Origin: an uncultured Acidimicrobiaceae bacterium
GTDB taxonomy: Bacteria; Actinomycetota; Acidimicrobiia; Acidimicrobiales; Bog-793
DNA length: 64,000 bases
NCBI GenBank assembly: GCA_963785415.1
Contig: CAWAVB010000001.1
Span: 483,579-547,578, forward strand
Direction of reading: 5' to 3'
A program made the position numbers and the translations under genes. A model generated the notes under the pieces. That model saw nothing but the letters and a program-made list of their open reading frames with translations. It made no database searches and was not told the origin of the DNA. The stretch's first letter is position 1. Every line of letters begins with the position of its first letter. Shown piece after piece: positions 18,968 to 27,033 of the stretch.

Positions 18968-19086
18968 CACCCTCCTTGGGTGGCCCGAGTCTCCCGGCCA
19001 CCCAACTGGTCGGGCCCGGGCGCACCGCGCGCCCCCGACCCCCGTCTTTCCGATCCAAAGTGGTGCCGCGCCGCAGCTGAATCCCT

Positions 19087-20715
19087 CTAGATCAGCTCCG
19101 GCACCATGACGATCGCACCGCAGGGGCACTCCGCGACGCAGATCCCGCAGCCCTTGCAGTAGTCGTAGTCAAAGGCGTACCGCTCTCCGGCTCCGAGCTT
19201 AGACACTGCGTTGTCGGGGCAGACTCCGTAACAGTTGTCGCACTCGAAACAGTTGCCGCAGGACATGCACCGGCGAGCCTCGAAGAGCGCGTTCGACTCC
19301 GTGAGCCCCCCGACGACCTCTTCGAAGCCGGTCTGGCGCCGTACGGCCTCGAGCTCGGGTTGGACCGTGCGCGGGGCATCCGCGTAGTACCAGGTGTTCA
19401 GGTCCTCGAACGGCGCGAGCTCGTGCCTTTCACCGGCGTGTTCTGGCTCGCCCGTCAGCCAGGCGTCGATCGAGCGGGCCGCCTTCTTGCCGTGCCCGAT
19501 CGCGACGGTGACGGTGCGCTCGGCGCGGACCATGTCGCCCCCGGCGAACACTCCCGGGCACCCCGTCATCATGTGGTCGTCGACGACGACGCCGCCGTCG
19601 TTGACCTCGACCCCCGCGAGGTCGCCGATCGGCGCGACATCGGCCTCCTGGCCGAGGGCGAGAATGACGCAATCGGCGCCGAGCTCGTCGTATTCGCCGG
19701 TCGGTTGGGGGAAACCGGCGGCATCGAGCTCCATCTTCTCGATAACGATCTTGTCCTCGTCGACGCGGGAGATCGTCGAGAGCCACCGCACACTCACTCC
19801 CTCGGCGAGCGCCTCCTCGACCTCGACGTCGTGGGCGGGCATCCGATCGCGGGTGCGGCGGTAGACGATGACCGCCTCGGCCGCGCCGAGGCGTCGCGCC
19901 GAGCGGGCGGCGTCCATTGCCGTGTCGCCACCTCCGTAGACGACGACGCGCCGCCCGATGGCGGCCGGCTCGGCCCCTTCGCTGCTGGCGAGGAACGCCA
20001 GGGCATCGAGGACACGGGCCGAATCGGCGGCCGGAATGTAAGCGCGACGGGACAGCTGCGCGCCGAACGCGAGGTAGACCGCGTTGAAGCCACCCTCTGC
20101 TTTCGCCGCGGCGATATCGGTGACGGCGCGGTTGAGCTCGAGCCCGACGCCGAGGTCGAGGATCGCGCCGATCTCGGCGTCGAGCACCGCCCGGGGCAAC
20201 CGGTAGGCCGGGATGCCGTAGCGCAGCATGCCGCCGGCTGCTGGCGCCGCCTCGTGGATGACGACCTCGTGCCCGAGCCGGGCAAGGTGGTAGGCAGCCG
20301 ACAGGCCCGCCGGGCCGGAGCCCACGACGAGGATCCGGAACTCCGAAGACGCCGCGGGCTCGGGCAGCCGCCAGCGGCCTGACGTTGCGGCATCGCCGAG
20401 GAAGCGCTCGACCGCGTGGATGCCGACCGCCTCGTCGAGACGCGCCCGGTTGCATGCCGTTTCGCAGGGGTGGAAGCAGACCCGGCCGCAGGTCGCCGGC
20501 AGCGGGTTGTCCTCGACAAGCGACCGCCACGCCGCCTCGTACGACCCGGCCTCCGCGTCGTACAGCCAGTGCTGGACGTTCTCCCCGGCCGGACAGGCGT
20601 CGTTGCAGGGGGGAAGGCGGTCGACGTAGACGGGTCGTTCGACGCGCCAGGATCCGGTCAGGTTCGCACGGCTCGACCCGGCCTCGAGCGTGACCGCGAA
20701 CGGGTGCTCGCTCAC
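19087..20715 (-). CDS. GltD-like NAD(P)H-dependent FAD oxidoreductase fused to a C-terminal 2x[4Fe-4S] ferredoxin (PorD-like) domain
   Basis: 542 aa. N-terminal Cys cluster (CNDACPAGENV...CGRVCFHPCETAC), two Rossmann motifs (ILVVGSGPAGLSAA, VVVYGGGDTAMD), and a C-terminal CMSCGNCFECDNCYGVCP...CKGCGICVAECPCGAI. 4-nt overlap with the upstream TPP subunit. Confidence 0.85.
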   Translation of the reverse strand: MSEHPFAVTLEAGSSRANLTGSWRVERPVYVDRLPPCNDACPAGENVQHWLYDAEAGSYEAAWRSLVEDNPLPATCGRVCFHPCETACNRARLDEAVGIHAVERFLGDAATSGRWRLPEPAASSEFRILVVGSGPAGLSAAYHLARLGHEVVIHEAAPAAGGMLRYGIPAYRLPRAVLDAEIGAILDLGVGLELNRAVTDIAAAKAEGGFNAVYLAFGAQLSRRAYIPAADSARVLDALAFLASSEGAEPAAIGRRVVVYGGGDTAMDAARSARRLGAAEAVIVYRRTRDRMPAHDVEVEEALAEGVSVRWLSTISRVDEDKIVIEKMELDAAGFPQPTGEYDELGADCVILALGQEADVAPIGDLAGVEVNDGGVVVDDHMMTGCPGVFAGGDMVRAERTVTVAIGHGKKAARSIDAWLTGEPEHAGERHELAPFEDLNTWYYADAPRTVQPELEAVRRQTGFEEVVGGLTESNALFEARRCMSCGNCFECDNCYGVCPDNAVSKLGAGERYAFDYDYCKGCGICVAECPCGAIVMVPELI

Positions 20716-21725
20716 GTCTGCCCCCCGTCCTCGTCGGTCCCGAGGAGACCGAACCGCCGGATGTTCCGGTCCGCGATCGCCTGGATGCGGGAGATGTCGT
20801 CGGTGCGCGGCGGATCACCGAAGAGGTGGGCGAACCGCCGCTGCGGCCGCAGGTACGCCTCGACCGGGAGGAGGTGGCGGATCGGCGTCGCCTGGAGGAT
20901 CTCGCCGTACGCCGCCTCGAACAACGGGAACAGACCCGTCTCGCAGGCGAGGCGGGCGATGCGGATCGTGTCCTCCGGGGCCGTGCCCCAGCCGAGCGGG
21001 CACGGGACGAGGACGTGGAGATAGCGCGCACCACGCAGGTCCATCGCGCGTCCGACCTTTGCCTCGAGGTCGTGCAGGTCGGCGACGGTGGCCGTGGCGA
21101 CGTAGGGGATCCCGTGCGCGACAGCGAGCAGTGGCAGGCTCTTGCCCTTCCCGAAGGCGTTTCCGGGTTCGCGTCCGACGGCCTCCGTCGTCGCGGTGCG
21201 CGCCGCGGCGGGCGTCGCGCCGGAGCGCTGCACGCCGGTGTTCATGTAGGCCTCGTTGTCGTAGCAGACGAACAGACAGTCGTCGTCACGTTCGAACATC
21301 CCCGACAGACAGCCGAATCCGATGTCCACCGCTCCCCCGTCGCCCGCCACGACGACAACACGGGTCTTCGTGTCACCGGCCGTCTTCAGCGCCGCGGCGA
21401 CCCCTGTTCCGACGGCGGCCGCGTTGCCGAACACCGAGTGGATCCAGGGAACCCGCCACGAAGACTCGGGGAACTGCGTCGAAAAAGCGACCAGACACCC
21501 GGTCGCGTTGACGACGATCATCTGCCCGTCCGTGGCCGCCATCGCGGCGTCGAGCACGTAGCGCGCACCCAGGGCCTGGCCGCATCCCTGGCACGCCCGG
21601 TGACCCGACGTGAGCGAGTTCCAGCGGCCGCGGTCGGACTGCACGGTGCGCTGCTGCGGGTCGACGAGCCGGTTGCCGACCGCGAAACTGCCCACTTGGT
21701 AGAACTTGATCGTCTGCTCTGTCAT
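20712..21725 (-). CDS. 2-oxoacid:ferredoxin oxidoreductase beta (TPP-binding) subunit, substrate unassigned
   Basis: 337 aa with SGHRACQGCG, GDGGAVDIGF, YDNEAYMNTG(V)Q TPP-binding signature. Confidence 0.9.
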   Translation of the reverse strand: MTEQTIKFYQVGSFAVGNRLVDPQQRTVQSDRGRWNSLTSGHRACQGCGQALGARYVLDAAMAATDGQMIVVNATGCLVAFSTQFPESSWRVPWIHSVFGNAAAVGTGVAAALKTAGDTKTRVVVVAGDGGAVDIGFGCLSGMFERDDDCLFVCYDNEAYMNTGVQRSGATPAAARTATTEAVGREPGNAFGKGKSLPLLAVAHGIPYVATATVADLHDLEAKVGRAMDLRGARYLHVLVPCPLGWGTAPEDTIRIARLACETGLFPLFEAAYGEILQATPIRHLLPVEAYLRPQRRFAHLFGDPPRTDDISRIQAIADRNIRRFGLLGTDEDGGQT

Positions 21726-21734
21726 CTCGATCCC

Positions 21735-22988
21735 CTAGACGATCCGCGCCGTCGGCGTGCGCAGGTCGCCGAACACGCGTCCGACGCTCGGTGGGGTGCT
21801 CAAGTCGGCCGCCATCCGGGCGAGCTCCCGGTCGACGGCATCCCGGTCGAGATCGAGGAAGCTCACCGCGCCGAGCTCGCCGCGGATCGCCTCCCCGAGG
21901 ACCCGACGTAGCGACCCTTCGGTGATCGCCCGTCCGCCCAGGCCAGCGACGACCGTGAAGGTTCTCGTCCCTCGATTGGTGACCAACGCGTCAACGTCGG
22001 CACCGAGGATGCCCCGGCTGCCGGCGGCGAGCGCCTTTTCGATGACGACGACCCGGTGGGCGCCTTCGAGCGCCTCGGCGAGCGCCGCCTCCGGGAACGG
22101 CCGGAACGTCGTGAGGTGGACCACGCCGATCTTCGTCCCCTCCTCGCGCATCTGGTCGACGACGTCCTTGGTCGTTCCCACGATGGAGCCCAGCGCGACG
22201 ACGATCGTCTCGGCGTCCTCGCAGCGGTAGGACGAGACGAGGCCCCCGCTCTGACGGCCGACGACACGGCCGAATTCGTCCGCGAGCTCCGGGATCCGGG
22301 CGAGCGCGCCAAGGTGACGCGCCTGGGTGAGGTAACGGGCTTCGGCGTAGGCCTCCGGTCCGACCACTCCCCCGATCGAGACCGGGTCCGCCGGGTCGAG
22401 GATCAGCCGTGGCTCGAACGGCGGCAGAAAGCGGTCGACCTGTTCCTGGGTCGGAATCTCGACCCGTTCCACGGCGTGGGTGAGGGTGAAACCGTCCATG
22501 CAGACCATCACGGGCAGGCTGAGTTCCTCGGCGAGGCGGAAGGCCTGGATGTGAAGGTCGACGGCGTGCTGGTTCGTCTCGGCGAACAGCTGGATCCAGC
22601 CGGCGTCCCGCAAGGCCATCGCGTCGGAGTGGTCGTTCCAGGAGTTGACCGGCGCCCCCACGGCCCGGTTGGCGACGGTCATCACGATCGGCAGCCCGAG
22701 CCCGGCGGCGTTGAAGACCGCTTCCGTCATGTAAAGCAGTCCCTGGCTCGACGTCGCGGTGTAGGTCCGAGCCCCGGTGGCCGAGGCGCCGATCAGCACG
22801 GAGATCGCCGCGAATTCGGACTCGACGTTGATGAATTCGCACGGCTTGAGCCGCCCGGATTTCACCAGCGTCCCGGCGCCTTCGATGATGTGGGTCTGCG
22901 GCGAGATCGGGTAGGCGCAAACGACCCGAGGGCGACACAAGGCAACCGCTTCCGCGACGGCGCGTGAGCCCTCAATCTGGCGAAGCAC
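21735..22988 (-). CDS. 2-oxoacid:ferredoxin oxidoreductase alpha subunit
   Basis: 417 aa with EGSRAVAEAV..., YPISPQTH, TATSSQGLLYM. Confidence 0.9.
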   Translation of the reverse strand: MLRQIEGSRAVAEAVALCRPRVVCAYPISPQTHIIEGAGTLVKSGRLKPCEFINVESEFAAISVLIGASATGARTYTATSSQGLLYMTEAVFNAAGLGLPIVMTVANRAVGAPVNSWNDHSDAMALRDAGWIQLFAETNQHAVDLHIQAFRLAEELSLPVMVCMDGFTLTHAVERVEIPTQEQVDRFLPPFEPRLILDPADPVSIGGVVGPEAYAEARYLTQARHLGALARIPELADEFGRVVGRQSGGLVSSYRCEDAETIVVALGSIVGTTKDVVDQMREEGTKIGVVHLTTFRPFPEAALAEALEGAHRVVVIEKALAAGSRGILGADVDALVTNRGTRTFTVVAGLGGRAITEGSLRRVLGEAIRGELGAVSFLDLDRDAVDRELARMAADLSTPPSVGRVFGDLRTPTARIV

Positions 22989-23592
22989 CGACGGTCCTCC
23001 TTTGACTTATTTGGTGCGCCACAAGTGCTTCCGGGCCGGCGCGCGTCTGGTTGAACGCCTCGGTCACCGCGGCGACGTTCCCGTCGCGCATCGCCCCCGA
23101 GAAGCGCTCCTCGATGGCGGCGATGACGGCCGCAAGTGAAACGACACCGGTCAACGCGGCAAGACCGCCGAGCATCACCGCGTTCGGTAACGGCCGACCG
23201 AGGTGTGCGATCGCGATCTCAGTTGCCCGGAGCGACAGGACGTGGTTGGCGGGCAGATCCTTGGCGATCCCCGCGACGCCGAGCTCTTCCAGGGTCTTCG
23301 CGGTATTGACGACCACGTAGCCTTGGGGTTTCAGACCCGAGAACAACCCCAGCCCGTGCAGCAGCGTCGCATCCTGGATTACGAGCGCGTCTGGTTCGTC
23401 GATCGGCGCGCGCGTCCTGATCTCGCGTTCACTGATCCGGCAGAACGACGCAACCGGCGCACCGCTGCGTTCTGCGCCGAAGCTCGGGAAGGCCTGGGCG
23501 TGACGGCCGTCGTTGAACGCCGCGACGGCCAACAGTTCCGCCGCGGTCACCACCCCCTGCCCACCGCGTCCATGGAACCGAACCTGGAACAT
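22972..23592 (-). CDS. 2-oxoacid:ferredoxin oxidoreductase gamma subunit
   Basis: 206 aa starting MFQVRFHGRGGQGVVTAAELLA, with SFGAERSGAP. Confidence 0.88.
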   Translation of the reverse strand: MFQVRFHGRGGQGVVTAAELLAVAAFNDGRHAQAFPSFGAERSGAPVASFCRISEREIRTRAPIDEPDALVIQDATLLHGLGLFSGLKPQGYVVVNTAKTLEELGVAGIAKDLPANHVLSLRATEIAIAHLGRPLPNAVMLGGLAALTGVVSLAAVIAAIEERFSGAMRDGNVAAVTEAFNQTRAGPEALVAHQISQRRTVGASPD

Positions 23593-23800
23593 CCGCAGCC
23601 TCGCCGTCCGCCCACTAGACGCCTAGCTCGAGCACCGCCCCTCGATCTGGTCGCTTCCTTGGCCCGATGGTCGCGTCGGCCAGCCGCGTTGACCAGGGCC
23701 GATGGTCACATGCCCCCCGGTGCTTTGGCCCGGAATCCCCTTCTCGGGAATGGGTCCACCGGCCCTTCCGTGGCGACGAGCCGCGCCCTAACGTGTCGGC

Positions 23801-24952
23801 GTGCCTTCCCCTGATGGTGTCGTCATCGATCCAGACGGGGTCGACTCGCTCATCGCATCGCTTCGGGCCCAGGGCTACCGCGTCGTGGGACCCGTCGTGT
23901 CCAACGGTGCCATCGTCCATCGCGAGATCCAGTCCGTCGAGGATCTCCCGAAGGGCTGGCATGACGAACAGCGACCCGGTTCGTACCGCATCAGTCACGG
24001 CGACGACCAGGAGCTGTTCGGATGGGCGGTCGGTCCCGAATCGTTCAAGCAGTCGGTCTTCCCCTCCCGGGCGGTGCTGTGGCGCGCCCGACGCGACGGA
24101 GGTGAGGTCGCGGTCGAGGCGGAGGTCGACGACGCCCCGCGCGAGGCGTTCTTCGGGGCCCGCCCGTGCGAGGTCGCGGCGCTCGACGTCCTCGGCGGCG
24201 TGCTCGCCGGGGCGGCCCGTCCCGATCCCGTCTTCACCCGCCGGCGCGACGCGGCCTTCGTCGTCACCGTGGAGTGTGGCACTCCCGCGGCGACCTGCTT
24301 CTGCACCTCGATGGGCTCCGGCCCCGCGGCTGGGGGGAACTTCGACCTCGCGCTCACGGAGCTCGCCGGGCCCGATCACCGCTTCCTCGTACACGTGGGA
24401 TCGGAGCGGGGCGGCGCCGTGCTCGCCGGGATCGCCTCGCGGCCCGCGACCGCCGACGACGCGAAGGCCCGCGACGCGGTCGTCGGCCGCGCTGAGTCCG
24501 CCATCAGCCGGACGCTCGACGCCGCCGCAGCCCCGGGGCTGCTCGCGCGCAACCTCGAGCACCCGCGCTGGGACGACGTCGCCAGCCGCTGTCTCGCCTG
24601 CGGGAACTGCACGCTCGTGTGCCCGACCTGCTTCTGCGCTGCCGTCGAGGAGAAGACCGACCTCTCCGGCACCGCTGAGCAGATCCGCCGCTGGGACTCG
24701 TGCTTCGACCTCGCCCACTCCTATCTACACGGCGGTTCGGTCCGCGTCTCGACGCGATCCCGCTACCGCCAGTGGATGACCCACAAGCTCTCGACTTGGG
24801 TCGACCAGTTCGGGAACTCGGGTTGCATCGGTTGCGGGCGCTGCATCACGTGGTGTCCGGTGGGCATTGACATCACCGAGGAGCTCGCCGCGATCGCGGC
24901 GAGCGACGGCGCGGTGAAAAAGGACGAACCCGCTGCGGTTCGGGACAGGTAG
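23801..24952 (+). CDS. hyhB: group-3b hydrogenase / sulfhydrogenase beta-type Fe-S subunit (AsrA-like)
   Basis: 383 aa with Cys clusters CGTPAATCFCTS, CLACGNCTLVCPTCFC and CIGCGRCITWCP. First gene of the hydrogenase operon. Confidence 0.8.
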   Translation: MPSPDGVVIDPDGVDSLIASLRAQGYRVVGPVVSNGAIVHREIQSVEDLPKGWHDEQRPGSYRISHGDDQELFGWAVGPESFKQSVFPSRAVLWRARRDGGEVAVEAEVDDAPREAFFGARPCEVAALDVLGGVLAGAARPDPVFTRRRDAAFVVTVECGTPAATCFCTSMGSGPAAGGNFDLALTELAGPDHRFLVHVGSERGGAVLAGIASRPATADDAKARDAVVGRAESAISRTLDAAAAPGLLARNLEHPRWDDVASRCLACGNCTLVCPTCFCAAVEEKTDLSGTAEQIRRWDSCFDLAHSYLHGGSVRVSTRSRYRQWMTHKLSTWVDQFGNSGCIGCGRCITWCPVGIDITEELAAIAASDGAVKKDEPAAVRDR

Positions 24953-24954
24953 GC

Positions 24955-25425
24955 GTGATGGAAGAGATGAGCGATCTCATCGCCAAGAATTCGTTGTTCG
25001 CCGGTCTCCCCGACTCGACGATCGAGCTCGCCGTCGGGTGCGCGCAGAACGTCGCGTTCGAGCCCGGAGCCCGCATCCTGGTCGAAGGCGAGCCGGCCGA
25101 CACCTTGTACCTCCTGCGGCGCGGACGGGTCGCCCTTCAGGTGCAGCGTCCGTCCGGCAAGCCCCTCGTCATCGAGACGATCGGCCCGAACAGCGTGCTC
25201 GGCTGGTCCTGGCTCGTTCCGCCGTACCGCTGGCAATTCGACGGCGTGGCGATCGACCCGGTCGGCGCCGTCGCCATCGACGGCACGTGCTTGCGCGCCA
25301 AGGCCGACGCCGACTCGGTGTTCGGCTACGCGCTCCTGCAGCGCATCAGCGGCGTCCTGCTCAGCCGCCTGCAATCGACACGCGTCCGTCTCCTCGACCT
25401 CTACGGGCACAGCCTTGATGACTGA
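24955..25425 (+). CDS. stand-alone cyclic-nucleotide-binding (cNMP/CAP effector) domain protein, no DNA-binding domain
   Basis: 156 aa. LFAGLPDSTIELAVGCAQNVAFEPGARILVEGEPADTLYLLRRGRVALQV...GPNSVLGWSWL follows the beta-barrel pattern of cNMP-binding domains. Starts 3 nt after the hyhB stop and overlaps the hyhG start. Confidence 0.75.
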   Translation: MMEEMSDLIAKNSLFAGLPDSTIELAVGCAQNVAFEPGARILVEGEPADTLYLLRRGRVALQVQRPSGKPLVIETIGPNSVLGWSWLVPPYRWQFDGVAIDPVGAVAIDGTCLRAKADADSVFGYALLQRISGVLLSRLQSTRVRLLDLYGHSLDD

Positions 25426-26263
25426 AGCCACACTGACGAAGCCCGGGCCGTTCGTGCCCTCCCGATACCGCGTCGTGGACCGCAAAGTGGAGACGTTCGA
25501 CATCACGACGCTGTGGCTCGAACCGGTCGATCAGCCGATCGACGCCTTCAAGGCGGGGCAGTTCAACATGCTCACGGCGTTCGGGGTCGGCGAGATCGCC
25601 ATCTCCATCAGCTCGGCGCCGGGCGCGCCGGGCGCGATCGAGCACACCGTCCGTGACGTGGGCGCCGTGAGCCACGCGCTCTCGCAGTCCGCGGTGGGTG
25701 ACATCGTCGGTGTGCGCGGACCGTTCGGCACCGACTGGGGTCTCGACACCCTCGACGGTGTCAACGTCGTCGTCGTCGCCGGCGGCATCGGACTCGCGCC
25801 GCTGCGCGGCGCCATGCGCTACCTCGCCGAGAACAAGTCGCCGAAGCGCGCCGTCGCCCTGCGCGTCGGGGCCCGGCTCCCGGACCAGATCGTCTTCCCC
25901 GACGAGATCGCCCGCTGGGGCGAGATGGGCCTCGACGTCGCGGTGACGGTCGATGTCGCCGACGCCGGGTGGACCGGCCAGGTCGGCGTCGTCACCCAGA
26001 TCCTCGCCGAGCTCCCCTTCGACGGTGCAGGCGCGATCGCACTCGTCTGCGGACCAGAGATCATGATGCGCTTCAGCGCGCGGTCCCTCGTCGACCTCGG
26101 CGTCGCACCGGAGAACATCCGGGTGTCGCTCGAGCGCAACATGCAGTGCGGCATCGCGATGTGCGGGCACTGCCAACTCGGGCCGTACCTGCTGTGCCGG
26201 GACGGGCCGGTCGTCCCCTATGCGCCGCTTGCGGCGGAGCTGATCACGGAGAGCGAACGATGA
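25415..26263 (+). CDS. hyhG: group-3b hydrogenase gamma-type subunit (FAD/NAD(P)-binding, PyrK-like, C-terminal 2Fe-2S)
   Basis: 282 aa with FNR-like fold motifs (AGQFNML, VVVAGGIGLAPL) and C-terminal CGIAMCGHCQLGPYLLC. Confidence 0.85.
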   Translation: MMTEATLTKPGPFVPSRYRVVDRKVETFDITTLWLEPVDQPIDAFKAGQFNMLTAFGVGEIAISISSAPGAPGAIEHTVRDVGAVSHALSQSAVGDIVGVRGPFGTDWGLDTLDGVNVVVVAGGIGLAPLRGAMRYLAENKSPKRAVALRVGARLPDQIVFPDEIARWGEMGLDVAVTVDVADAGWTGQVGVVTQILAELPFDGAGAIALVCGPEIMMRFSARSLVDLGVAPENIRVSLERNMQCGIAMCGHCQLGPYLLCRDGPVVPYAPLAAELITESER

Positions 26264-27033
26264 CGAGTCGACCGACGCTTGCGGTGTGGAAGTTCGCCTC
26301 GTGCGACGGCTGCCAGCTCGGCATCCTCGACTGCGAGGACGAGCTCCTCCAACTCGCGCAGGCCGTGCAGATCGCCAGCTTCACCGAGATGACGAGCGCA
26401 GTGATCGAGGGCCCCTACGACGTCTCGCTCGTCGAGGGATCGATCACGACCCCCGACGATGCCGACCGGATCCTCGCGGTGCGCGCCGCCTCGGGACTTC
26501 TCGTCACGATCGGGGCGTGCGCGACGGCCGGCGGGATCCAGGCGCTCCGCAACTACGCCAACGTCGGCGAGTACACCTCGACCGTCTACGCGCATCCGGA
26601 GTACATCTCGACCCTCGCCGAGAGCAGCCCGATCTCGTCATACGTCCAGGTCGACGTCGAACTGCGCGGCTGCCCGATCAACCGCCTCCAGCTCGTCGAG
26701 GTCGTCACCGCGCTGCTCGCCGGCCGCCGCCCGGTCATCCCCGGCTACAGCGTCTGCGAGGAGTGCAAGACGGCCGGCAATCTCTGCGTCCTCGTCGCCC
26801 ACGGGACACCGTGCCTCGGCCCGGTGACCCGCGCCGGGTGCGGCGCCCTCTGCCCGGCGGTGAACCGCGGCTGCTACGGCTGCTTCGGCCCGGCGAACAC
26901 GACGAACACCGGGTCGCTGTCGAAGCGGCTCGCCGATCTCGGCCTGTCCGACCGGGGGGTGTCGCGGATGTTCCGGACCTTCAACTCCGCCGCGACCGAG
27001 TTCTCAAAGGAGAGTCTCGAGCATGACGCCTAG
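26260..27033 (+). CDS. hyhS: NiFe hydrogenase small (delta-type) subunit
   Basis: ORF 25969..27033 trimmed to ATG 26260 (ATGA overlap with the hyhG stop). FASCDGCQL, GACATAGGIQ, and C-terminal Cys-rich CEECK...CLGPVTRAGCGALCP...CYGCFG. Confidence 0.9.
   Translation: MTSRPTLAVWKFASCDGCQLGILDCEDELLQLAQAVQIASFTEMTSAVIEGPYDVSLVEGSITTPDDADRILAVRAASGLLVTIGACATAGGIQALRNYANVGEYTSTVYAHPEYISTLAESSPISSYVQVDVELRGCPINRLQLVEVVTALLAGRRPVIPGYSVCEECKTAGNLCVLVAHGTPCLGPVTRAGCGALCPAVNRGCYGCFGPANTTNTGSLSKRLADLGLSDRGVSRMFRTFNSAATEFSKESLEHDA

Noticed and set aside
23690-23715. CRP/cAMP-receptor-type site (TGTGA-N6-TCACA) in the por/hyh intergenic region, which would have linked to the cNMP-domain protein.
   Set aside because: Only a TCACA half-site is present. 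The expected TGTGA half is absent, and the cNMP-domain protein has no DNA-binding domain anyway.
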